Shown here: positions 9,615-17,359 of the stretch, piece by piece
Layout: the number at the start of each line of letters is the position of its first letter
How positions within the stretch are numbered: position 1 is the stretch's first letter
Assembly (NCBI GenBank): GCA_020724505.1
Contig: DYGV01000002.1
Span: 29,619-70,005, forward strand
DNA: 40,387 nucleotides
Direction of reading: 5' to 3'
Source: Anaerolinea thermophila
Lineage (GTDB): Bacteria > Chloroflexota > Anaerolineae > Anaerolineales > UBA4823
The notes under the pieces: generated by a model
What the model saw: only the letters and a program-made list of their open reading frames with translations
What the model was told of the DNA's origin: nothing
Databases searched by the model: none
Position numbers and translations under genes: made by a program

Positions 9615-10121
9615 TTAGTGTTCAAATATTTTTTCGCCGGCGCGGACAGCCACCTTGATACGATTTTCGGCTGGCGTAATTGGACAGGACCATTGTTCGT
9701 TGTAGGCGCAGTATGGGTTGTATGCTAGATTGAAATCCACGAGGAATTTTCCATCGGGGAGTTTTTCAGGTTCAAGATAGCGCCCTGCGGGATAAGATTC
9801 TTTCCCTGCCAGCGTATCTACAAAGGGAAGAAAGTATCCGTGCCCATTTTTGTAGATCGTGAGTTCCGCCGACTGCCCATCCACTTGAAACTTGAATTTG
9901 CCGAAACGTTGATAAGTTTGAGGCTGTCCGCCTGTGGTCTGGATTGTGATACTTTCTGAGGTTGGCAAGATTTCCACGTTCACTTCGAGGCGCAATGCAT
10001 TATTTTCAGGGAAATAATCGAGTCCCTTGAAATGCTGTTTCTGGAACGGTGTCAATGGACTTTGATGGTGGCGCGCATAGAATTGGTCTTTTTCAGCGCG
10101 GAAGGTTTTGAGGGATTGCAT
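9615..10121 (-). CDS. DUF1684 domain protein
   Basis: FRAEKD...SPL...GLDYF...GRYL...DFNLAYNPYCAYNEQWSCP...ENRIKVAVRAGEK. Confidence 0.88.
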   Translation of the reverse strand: MQSLKTFRAEKDQFYARHHQSPLTPFQKQHFKGLDYFPENNALRLEVNVEILPTSESITIQTTGGQPQTYQRFGKFKFQVDGQSAELTIYKNGHGYFLPFVDTLAGKESYPAGRYLEPEKLPDGKFLVDFNLAYNPYCAYNEQWSCPITPAENRIKVAVRAGEKIFEH

Positions 10122-10150
10122 GTTTTGTCTCCTTATTCTTCAACCACAGA

Positions 10151-10177
10151 GAGGACAATCGAGGTCTTTTTCTTACC
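10151..10177 (-). promoter_or_regulatory. putative ECF promoter P2 (GGTAAG-N18-CTC)
   Basis: 30 nt upstream of the DUF1684 start, heading the trxA-halogenase operon. Confidence 0.6.
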
Positions 10178-10201
10178 TGCCAACTGAGACGCGTAATTGG
10201 A

Positions 10202-10435
10202 TCACGATTGCCCCTTCTTGATGCTGAGAACTGTGGAAGCGCTAGAAACTGTGGAAACAATATACGGTACACAAACCGTCAGGATGATTTTCAACACGCG
10301 GGTAGGATCCATTTGCCCATGCAGCAATGCGTCTCCATGATTGATAGCTGTCAGTATGGCGCCTACGATGAGCGCGGTGTAGCTTGCCCGCCGTACAATA
10401 TCCCTAGAAAAACATAGTGTAAGAAAATCTTTCAT
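10202..10435 (-). CDS. nrtS: NrtS-family small membrane protein
   Basis: ALIVGAILTAINHGDAL...KIILTVCVPYIVST family motif. Confidence 0.75.
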   Translation of the reverse strand: MKDFLTLCFSRDIVRRASYTALIVGAILTAINHGDALLHGQMDPTRVLKIILTVCVPYIVSTVSSASTVLSIKKGQS

Positions 10436-10439
10436 ATTC

Positions 10440-10700
10440 CTATATCAGACGGGTTTCGAAGAGTTTTTCAGATAACCTGGTATTGGTTGGCTCGACTAAA
10501 ATGGAGCCATCGCCAAAGACAATGGTTGGAACACTGCGATTGCCACGGTTTGTAGTTTTGACGAATTTTTCGCCTTCACGATCTTTGTCAATATCAATCC
10601 AGTTATAGGGAATCTGGTGTTCGTCCAGCAGGCGTTTTGTGCGTCTGCAATCCCCGCACCAATCGGTGCCATAGACAGTGATGCCAGGTTGGTGGTTCAT
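10440..10700 (-). CDS. mycoredoxin/NrdH-like glutaredoxin
   Basis: YGTDWCGDCRR...GNRSVPTIVFGDGSILVEP. Confidence 0.9.
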   Translation of the reverse strand: MNHQPGITVYGTDWCGDCRRTKRLLDEHQIPYNWIDIDKDREGEKFVKTTNRGNRSVPTIVFGDGSILVEPTNTRLSEKLFETRLI

Positions 10701-10711
10701 TGGTTCCTCTT

Positions 10712-11473
10712 TCAGTTCTGGCTCAGTTGAGCGATTTGTTCAGAAGTCATACCATCCACAACGGGGAGGTCGCCCTGCTCCTGCAGATGGAGTTTCCCGA
10801 ATGTATCGAGCATGTGACCGGACTTTTCGGCTTTGGTCTTTAGATAAAATTCGTTGTGCGGATTGGGCGGGATGATGACGGGAATGCGTCCGTTGACTTT
10901 CACGCCGTGCTGGGTCAGGTTTTCGATTTTGCGCGGGTTGTTGGTCATCAACTGAATCGATTTGACCTTCAAGGAAAACAGCATGTGCGCGGCAACACTG
11001 TATTCGCGCTCGTCATCGCGAAAGCCCAGGGCAAGGTTGGCATCCACGGTATCGTAGCCATGATCCTGCAATCCATAGGCGCGGATTTTATTGATCAAGC
11101 CAATACCGCGCCCCTCCTGACGCATGTAGAGCAGAATGCCCTTGTCCATTTTCCCAATTTCCTTGAGCGCGGTTTCCAACTGGTCGCGGCAGTCACAACG
11201 CAGGGAGCCTATCGCATCGCCGGTCAGGCATTCCGAATGGACGCGGACTGGCACGTTTTCCGCATTCGTCACATCGCCGCGTACGATGGCGGTATGTTCC
11301 TTACCATCCCGGTTGTTGTAGAAAGCAAAGATGTGAAAGTCTCCAAAGCGCGAGGGTAACTCGCCGATGGCGGCGATGCGTACACAGACCTTGTCCGGTC
11401 CGAAGCCTTCGCATTCGTGTTTCAGGTTTTCATCGAGCAGTTCCTTGATTTGCATGTGTGTGAGTGACATCAT
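10712..11473 (-). CDS. ribA: GTP cyclohydrolase II
   Basis: VRVHSECLTGDAIGSLRCDC, QEGRGIGL, LMTNNPRK, KSGH. Start re-called to ATG 11473 after AAGGAG. Confidence 0.95.
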   Translation of the reverse strand: MMSLTHMQIKELLDENLKHECEGFGPDKVCVRIAAIGELPSRFGDFHIFAFYNNRDGKEHTAIVRGDVTNAENVPVRVHSECLTGDAIGSLRCDCRDQLETALKEIGKMDKGILLYMRQEGRGIGLINKIRAYGLQDHGYDTVDANLALGFRDDEREYSVAAHMLFSLKVKSIQLMTNNPRKIENLTQHGVKVNGRIPVIIPPNPHNEFYLKTKAEKSGHMLDTFGKLHLQEQGDLPVVDGMTSEQIAQLSQN

Positions 11474-11520
11474 GTCTCCTTGTGAAATCAATAATTGAGT
11501 ATAGATTGGGTGGATATGAT

Positions 11521-12141
11521 CTATCCTGTTAATGCTGTTTGGGGATAGCCTACATAAACAGTGACATCTTCCATAAAATCACAACTTTCCTGCCAGGTCT
11601 CGAAGGGCAGGTCTTCGAAATCTCCGGCAAGTTGATGAAAGGGTTCGGTCATCATGATGTATTCATGGGACGGAATTGAGTTTTTCAATAACTGATGAAT
11701 TAGGATCACATCCTCACCTGCCATTTCATCGAATTGTCGAATCTTCCTGAACACAGCCTCGCCGAGATGCAGAATGGCTTTCAAGCGCAGGTCAAAGATG
11801 CGCTGGCAGGCGTCGCAGTCGCAGTCCGCTCTTTCAATGGACAAGGAATGAACGCGTTCGTAAAAGACCCTGAAAAATTCCCGTACCTGGCGAGCCACAT
11901 CCCGGGCGACCTCGATCTGGTCTCCTGCATTTACTTCTGCATATAGAAATGCCGCATCGCCCTCCAGCTTGTTCAAAGTCAATGGATACGCGGCGTGATC
12001 GATTACCGCCTCCAGCAATTCGAAGACGATCTCCTCGGCATGGATGGCGCTCAACTTTTGTGAGCGAATGAACTGTGTGTAACCGCTGATGTCCACCATA
12101 ACCAGCGCCACTTTTCTTGTGTCCATCATCCTTCCTTTCAA
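11521..12141 (-). CDS. DUF2652 domain protein (class III nucleotide-cyclase-like fold)
   Basis: MVDISGYTQF, KLEGDAAF, CDCDAC, LKAILHLGE, GEDVILIHQLLKN. Confidence 0.85.
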   Translation of the reverse strand: MKGRMMDTRKVALVMVDISGYTQFIRSQKLSAIHAEEIVFELLEAVIDHAAYPLTLNKLEGDAAFLYAEVNAGDQIEVARDVARQVREFFRVFYERVHSLSIERADCDCDACQRIFDLRLKAILHLGEAVFRKIRQFDEMAGEDVILIHQLLKNSIPSHEYIMMTEPFHQLAGDFEDLPFETWQESCDFMEDVTVYVGYPQTALTG

Positions 12142-12848
12142 CTAGCATAGAGCGGAATGCGTGCGCCGTTGATCATCCGCGCCTCGCCTGAACTTAGGAA
12201 CAGGAGAGCCGAAGCAATATCCTCCGGCGTTGTCCAACTTGAATTCTCATCGTCGGGTTTTTGATCGCGTACATGTTCGGTGTCGATCTTTTTTACAAGC
12301 AGAATGTTGGCAGTGATCCCGCTTCCCTTGACCTCTTCTGCAATCGTTCTGAGCAAAATCTCCTGTGCCGACTTGCCGATGGCGTATGGTGCCATATCCG
12401 CCACCGGGTCGGAGGCAAGTGGCGATGAAACGGCGAGAATACGCCCCCAATGGTTGGAGAGCATTAACGGGAGCACGTCCCTCGTCAAGTGATAAGTTGT
12501 CCATAAATGCTGTTGAAGCATGGACTCCACCTGTTCGCGGTCCGATTCGACCACAGACTTGCCTCCGCTCCATCCCCCCACCAAGTGAAGCAGGATATCA
12601 ATTCGCCCGAATTTATCCATCGCCTGCCGCACCAGGTCGGAGGTTCGTTCGGGTTGGCATAAATCGGCGACGCTGATCAGGACGCGTTCCCTGGGTAATT
12701 TCAATTCCTCCTCGAGCGACTGGACCCTTTCCAGGTTGGTCCCGACTAGTACGAGCCGGACGCCCCGATCTGCAAACTGCCTGGTGACAATCTGCCCCAG
12801 CCTGCCTGTGGCGCCGGTAATAACAGCGACGCGATTATTGATGCTCAT
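12138..12848 (-). CDS. SDR family oxidoreductase
   Basis: TGATGRLG Rossmann motif and YAIGK. Start re-called to ATG 12848 (MSINNRVAV) after GGAG. Confidence 0.9.
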   Translation of the reverse strand: MSINNRVAVITGATGRLGQIVTRQFADRGVRLVLVGTNLERVQSLEEELKLPRERVLISVADLCQPERTSDLVRQAMDKFGRIDILLHLVGGWSGGKSVVESDREQVESMLQQHLWTTYHLTRDVLPLMLSNHWGRILAVSSPLASDPVADMAPYAIGKSAQEILLRTIAEEVKGSGITANILLVKKIDTEHVRDQKPDDENSSWTTPEDIASALLFLSSGEARMINGARIPLYAS

Positions 12849-12905
12849 TATGAATCTCCAAAAGATTGTTGATTTCGGTTGACGCTGCCGAAAATCTATA
12901 CTGGT

Positions 12906-12932
12906 GATACCGACCTCGCCATTATTCTTACC
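12906..12932 (-). promoter_or_regulatory. putative ECF promoter P3 (GGTAAG-N18-ATC)
   Basis: Upstream of the SDR-DUF2652-ribA-grx unit. Confidence 0.65.
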
Positions 12933-13000
12933 CGCCCATGATTCTTGCAAAATAGCAATGTTGGATTCCAACAGGCGAACACACTGTAATTGAATCGGGA

Positions 13001-13027
13001 TGTAAGTCATTCACCTCAAGCTGCGTC
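13001..13027 (+). promoter_or_regulatory. putative ECF promoter P4 (TGTAAG-N18-GTC)
   Basis: 35 nt upstream of ORF 13062, heading the deiodinase-like unit. Confidence 0.6.
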
Positions 13028-13061
13028 AATGGGATAAAACCCGACTGGGAAGGAAAAGCCC

Positions 13062-13403
13062 ATGAACGAACACACTCAAAAACTGCAAGCCATCCTTGAA
13101 AAAGAATCCCTGACTGCCAAAGAGGTGCAAGATGGTGTCGTTACCTGCTTCTTTGCCATCAACCGCGATTTTGTGAAGCGCCGCATGGGTGACATCCCAG
13201 TTGAACAGGTGGATGGGGTACTGCAAGAATTGGTCACTCAGGTTCTTGATGAACATCACATTGATCCTGAAAAGCCCGAACTCTATCTATTACAACAGGC
13301 AGAGTTGGCGCTGGAGGAACAGACTGGATTCGAGACTGAACCGGACCTGCTCCAGATGCACAAAGGCATTGTCCAAACCTTGTTCTCGCGAGCAAAAAAT
13401 TGA
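13062..13403 (+). CDS. hypothetical protein (acidic, helical)
   Basis: 113 aa ORF with AGGA RBS; fills the gap between the promoter and the selenoprotein gene. Confidence 0.7.
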   Translation: MNEHTQKLQAILEKESLTAKEVQDGVVTCFFAINRDFVKRRMGDIPVEQVDGVLQELVTQVLDEHHIDPEKPELYLLQQAELALEEQTGFETEPDLLQMHKGIVQTLFSRAKN

Positions 13404-13445
13404 AGCGCGGTTTTCTTCATTCCCAGATTTTGATTGGAGACCCAC

Positions 13446-14147
13446 ATGGATGATCGGTTGACCCGCTACAACTACGATAGTTTCGTACCCGAGAAATTCG
13501 AGCCGTGGATGAACTTCGAAGCCAGCCCGAAGACAGGCACCGTTGGGTTGGATTTCCCGTTATGGGATTTGGATCAAACGCCCACAAGGCTCAGTGAGAT
13601 CTGGTCGCGGCACGATTACACCATTGTGGAGTTCGGCAGTTTCACCTGACCGTATTGCGGGATGGCGGCGCCATCCATGAATGCTATGGCGGATAAGTAC
13701 GGAGAATACAAAGTTGGGTCAATATTTCTTTATTCTCACGAAGCCCACCCTGGGGAAAATTATCCACACCTGACCTCAATGGAACAGAAATTCCGTCACG
13801 CGCGGGACCTGCGGGATGTCCTCGACGTGACGCGCCCGATCCTGGTGGATTCTCTCGACGGCGCGTGTCACCGCGCCTACGGCTCGATGCCCAATATGAC
13901 CTGGATCTTCGCCCGATCAGGTCTGATCGTTTACAAGTCGGACTGGACGGACGCGCACAGCGTGGAAAATGCGATCCAATATTTCAGCCAAATTCCAAGC
14001 CGACGAAAGGTAGGTGAACGACTGGCGCCCTTCCACGTGGAGCGGCTGGATTACCGCAATCAGGAACGCGAACAGTTTTACAAATGCCTCGAACGCAACG
14101 GCCCCAAAGCCGTGGCGGAGTTTCGCAAGGCGTTTCCTACAGGTTGA
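13446..14147 (+). CDS. iodothyronine-deiodinase-like selenoprotein, UxxC, Sec68
   Basis: ATG 13446 after GGAG; ...IVEFGSFT-TGA(13647-49)-PYCGMAAP.... ORFs 13434-13649 and 13662-14147 are in the same frame. Deiodinase motifs FGSxTU, YSHEAHP, D...AYG..P. Confidence 0.88.
13650..13689 (+). promoter_or_regulatory. putative bacterial SECIS element
   Basis: GGAUGGC-GGC-GCCAUCC hairpin (13660-13676); the loop starts with G, 17 nt after UGA; lower stem GUAUU/AAUGC. Confidence 0.7.
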
Positions 14148-14835
14148 TTCTTTTCTCACGATAACGGACGATGCGATAAAAACCTATGCTGACTGCGAAC
14201 ATCGCCGCAGAGATCACCAATGAAAGTGGATCAAGCCTGACGCTTTGAGATGCAAAATCGCCTTGAATGGACGCGCCTAACATGCCGAATGAAATCGTGC
14301 CAGGGATACTGCCCAGTACCGTCGCCAACATGAACCAACCCAGGTCAATCCGCAGGAAGCCTGAAAAGTAACTGACCAGATCGTAGGGCAGGAACAGGAA
14401 GCGCAAAATCATTGTCGTTTGGAAACTTTCACGCCGAAGACGGTCGGCGTAGATGCCAACTGTTTTATTTTGCTCGATGTTATGCAGAAAGCCGCTCCCG
14501 AAAAAACGCCCGATGAAATAAGCGATCATGGAAGAGAGATTGCTGGCGATCATGGCGTAGGCAATTCCCCGGACAGGACCGTACAGGTAGGTGGCGGTCA
14601 TCGTCACCAGTGTGGCGGGGAAAAGAAAAATGGGGCGAATCATATAAACCAGAACATACAGCGGAAACCCATACGGGCTGTCCGAAACAAAATGAATTAG
14701 CGCCTGCATGGTCTCCATTGGCGTCAAACCGTTGGCGGTTGTGTACCACCAGTAGCTCGCCAGCAGGATCGCCCAGGCAATCATGGCGATCACTTTGCTC
14801 TTGTAGCGCGGGGGCTTTGCGGTTTCTGTGTTCAT
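14137..14835 (-). CDS. TVP38/TMEM64 (VTT/DedA-like) membrane protein
   Basis: RPIFLFPATLVT...LYGPVRG...YFIGRFFG...LRFLFLPYDLVSY...ATVLGSIPG. Confidence 0.88.
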   Translation of the reverse strand: MNTETAKPPRYKSKVIAMIAWAILLASYWWYTTANGLTPMETMQALIHFVSDSPYGFPLYVLVYMIRPIFLFPATLVTMTATYLYGPVRGIAYAMIASNLSSMIAYFIGRFFGSGFLHNIEQNKTVGIYADRLRRESFQTTMILRFLFLPYDLVSYFSGFLRIDLGWFMLATVLGSIPGTISFGMLGASIQGDFASQSVRLDPLSLVISAAMFAVSIGFYRIVRYREKRINL

Positions 14836-15536
14836 GCTTCGACTCGGATGATGTCGCTCTCGGCGAACAAAGGCGGGACGACAATGCCCATGTTCGCATA
14901 CAGTTCTGGCGGGACACTGATGTCGGCGAGATATAAGTCGCCGACGAATTTTTTTGCATCAGGATGCAGCAACCCCTGTTTGGGCAGGGCAAGGGTTAGA
15001 GTTGCTGTCGCACAGATGGTCGGATCGTGCGCTGTGCCACTGGTGACATCCAGCCCTGAGGGCGTGTCAAGAGAGATGATTGGGACATTTTGATTATTTG
15101 CCCAGCGGATCAAATCCGCCGCGGTGCCGCGCGGAGATCCGCTCAGGCTGTAGCCAATGATCGAGTCGAGGATCAGGTTTGGGGTAGGAAGAAGCGAGGC
15201 AGAGTCCACGATGGGAAGCTTCATCCGTTGCAGGATATCCAGTTGATGGGCTGGGACTCCGCGAATTTCATCCCTAGGTTTTGTCAAAACGACAGTGACC
15301 TGCACGCCCCAATTATGCAGACGACCCGCGGCGGTCATCCCGCCCCCGCCATTGTTTCCACTTCCACAGAGGATGACCACGCTGGAGCCTTGTATCGCTC
15401 CGCGCAGTTGACGGCGCGCCAGTTCCGCGAAAGCGCGACCTGCATTTTCCATCATCTGAACCAACTCGATGTGATAATCCTCGATCATGGCGCGGTCCAC
15501 TTCGATCATTTGGGCGGTGGTTAGGGTTGGAAGCAT
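14832..15536 (-). CDS. nnrE: NAD(P)H-hydrate epimerase (YjeF_N)
   Basis: MMENAG, GSGNNGGGG, DSIIGYS, SLDTPSG, TLTLALPK, LADISVP. Start re-called to ATG 15536 after GGAG. Confidence 0.92.
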   Translation of the reverse strand: MLPTLTTAQMIEVDRAMIEDYHIELVQMMENAGRAFAELARRQLRGAIQGSSVVILCGSGNNGGGGMTAAGRLHNWGVQVTVVLTKPRDEIRGVPAHQLDILQRMKLPIVDSASLLPTPNLILDSIIGYSLSGSPRGTAADLIRWANNQNVPIISLDTPSGLDVTSGTAHDPTICATATLTLALPKQGLLHPDAKKFVGDLYLADISVPPELYANMGIVVPPLFAESDIIRVEA

Positions 15537-15561
15537 GTTGTTCTCCACTTTATGCATCAAA

Positions 15562-15588
15562 GATAGTATTCACGGGCGAACTATTACC
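15562..15588 (-). promoter_or_regulatory. putative ECF promoter P5 (GGTAAT-N18-ATC)
   Basis: 26 nt upstream of the re-called nnrE start; divergent from the sigma gene. Confidence 0.6.
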
Positions 15589-15608
15589 TGCTGGTTTATA
15601 ATCCACTT

Positions 15609-16250
15609 ATGGATAAGCGAACCAACGAAGAATGGGTTGCAGATTTACGCGCCGGTGGGGATCGGCAGGCACAGGCATTGGAGGATTTACGCGCCATCAT
15701 ATTGCGAGGATTGCCGTATGCCATTGCAGGAAGACTGGACCCCAACAGCCCCGAGTCGGAAGCGCTGACCGAGGAAGTGGTGCAGGAAACCTTGATGCGT
15801 GTTTTGGAATACCTTGACTCTTTTGAAGGACGCAGTCAATTCACGACTTGGGCACATAAAATTGCTGTGCGCGCCGCACTGACCGAGTTACGCCGCGTGC
15901 GCTGGCGCGAAGTACCCCTGCCCGAAATGAATATGAATGAGGAAAGTGATACTTCCTATCGCGAAACGCCAGATGATCAGGCGAATCCTGAAGAGCAGGT
16001 GTCGCAGGCTGAAATGATGGCGCGGGTCAACCGAATCATCATGGAGGAACTCACCGATAAACAGCGCCAGGCACTGACGGCCATCATGGAAGGTTTCCCG
16101 CTGGAGGAAGCTGCACAACGAATGGGAACCAATCGCAACGCGCTCTACAAGATGCTGCATGATGCCCGTCTGCGGCTGAAGAAACGCTTGGAAAAAGAAG
16201 GACTGACCCCGCAGGAGATTTTGTCTGTATTTGAGCAAGCTCGCAAGTAA
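15609..16250 (+). CDS. ECF RNA polymerase sigma factor
   Basis: EEVVQETLMRV...FEGRSQFTTWAHKIAV (region 2) and LTDKQRQAL...LEEAAQRMGTNRNALYKMLHDARLRLK (region 4). TATAAT at 15597-602 lies 6 nt before the ATG, suggesting a leaderless mRNA. Confidence 0.93.
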   Translation: MDKRTNEEWVADLRAGGDRQAQALEDLRAIILRGLPYAIAGRLDPNSPESEALTEEVVQETLMRVLEYLDSFEGRSQFTTWAHKIAVRAALTELRRVRWREVPLPEMNMNEESDTSYRETPDDQANPEEQVSQAEMMARVNRIIMEELTDKQRQALTAIMEGFPLEEAAQRMGTNRNALYKMLHDARLRLKKRLEKEGLTPQEILSVFEQARK

Positions 16251-16297
16251 GAGATTGAATGGGCATTGCTATCCATGTGTGGAAGGAATTTAGTAGC

Positions 16298-16600
16298 ATG
16301 AAAATAAAACAGTTCATCCAGAGGATTTTGGGTTCCAAAAAACAAAAACCAGCATCTGGTGGAATGTCGGCGAACCCGTCCGAAAAGATGCAAAAGATGA
16401 TGTCGATGTTATCCAATACGCGGGAGGAAGAACTGACCTGTGACGAGGTCTTTGCCCTGCTCGATCAATTTACTGAACTCGCGGCGCAGGGAGAGGATGT
16501 CGCGCAACTGATGCCGCTGGTGCAACAGCACCTGGATATGTGTGAGGATTGCCGGGAGGAATACAAGGTGTTGCAGAGTATCTTGCATGGCACGGCGTAA
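16298..16600 (+). CDS. soluble zinc-binding anti-sigma factor (zf-HC2/RsrA-like)
   Basis: LTCDEV...HLDMCEDCREE matches C...HxxxCxxC; no TM segment; directly after the ECF sigma. Confidence 0.8.
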   Translation: MKIKQFIQRILGSKKQKPASGGMSANPSEKMQKMMSMLSNTREEELTCDEVFALLDQFTELAAQGEDVAQLMPLVQQHLDMCEDCREEYKVLQSILHGTA

Positions 16601-16757
16601 AGAAATGCCGTGAAAGAACGCACTCTTTGATGATTTCTGGAAAATCAAAAAAGCTGTTATCCACAACAATTTGGAAACAGCTTTTTTGATTTAATGAGGC
16701 AGGAAAATTGGGAACACAAAAATGGTGACATTTCAAATTCGTCGATTTCTGAAAGTG

Positions 16758-16785
16758 GGTAAGGGAAATCAGGCGCTTCGCTATC
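16758..16785 (+). promoter_or_regulatory. putative ECF promoter P6 (GGTAAG-N19-ATC)
   Basis: 38 nt upstream of ORF 16823. Confidence 0.55.
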
Positions 16786-16822
16786 AGGTGGGTATGAAAC
16801 CAAATTCAACAGGAGAATCAAA

Positions 16823-17272
16823 ATGAATATTCTTAGCGCAGTTATCGCTGGCGTGGTTGCCAGCCTTGTTTTCTCAATGATCCTTGCAATGGCGCCCAAA
16901 ATGGGAATGCCAAAAATGGATATCGTCAGCCTTTTGGGCAGCATGTTCAGCACCAAATCGAATCTCGCCTTGGGATGGATGATGCACCTGATGATGGGAA
17001 TCGTCTTTGCTCTCATCTATGCTTTTCTCTGGTCATCGGGGATTAGCGGCGCGACCTGGTTGGGCGGATTGATCCTTGGCGCTGCACAGTGGCTGATTGT
17101 CGGCATGGTGATGGGCATGATCCCAATGATGCACGTTGGAATCAAGAGCGGTGCTGTCAAGTCTCCAGGCTTGTGGATGACGAACAACGGCGGTCTCATG
17201 GCTTTCATGGGCGGGCTGGTCGGTCACATGATCTTTGGCGTTTCAATTGCGCTGATGTATGCGGCGCTCTAA
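16823..17272 (+). CDS. Met-rich 4-TM membrane protein with two conserved His (paralog of 904-1347)
   Basis: GWMMHLMMGIVFALIY and LVGHMIFG; AGGAG RBS. Confidence 0.82.
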   Translation: MNILSAVIAGVVASLVFSMILAMAPKMGMPKMDIVSLLGSMFSTKSNLALGWMMHLMMGIVFALIYAFLWSSGISGATWLGGLILGAAQWLIVGMVMGMIPMMHVGIKSGAVKSPGLWMTNNGGLMAFMGGLVGHMIFGVSIALMYAAL

Positions 17273-17294
17273 CTTCTGGTTTTCTTCTCCTCAC

Positions 17295-17328
17295 GGTAGG
17301 CAGCTCGTCCGTGAACGGGCTGCCTACC
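17295..17328. other. strong intergenic hairpin
   Basis: GGTAGGCAGC and GCTGCCTACC form perfect 10-bp arms; no U-tract. Confidence 0.5.
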
Positions 17329-17359
17329 AACTCTCGACATTTGAAAGGAATTTCTTTTC

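Noticed and set aside
12849-13010. Long N-terminal extension of the SDR ORF
   Set aside because: It covers the divergent promoter region; an SD and the Rossmann motif support ATG 12848.
6385-14147. Alternative genetic code (TGA=Trp/Gly) or nonsense pseudogenes as the explanation for the two in-frame TGAs
   Set aside because: Many neighbouring genes end normally in TGA, with ATGA overlaps. Both TGAs sit at the catalytic Cys position of a CxxC with a 3' hairpin. Pseudogene status cannot be fully excluded without seeing selABCD.
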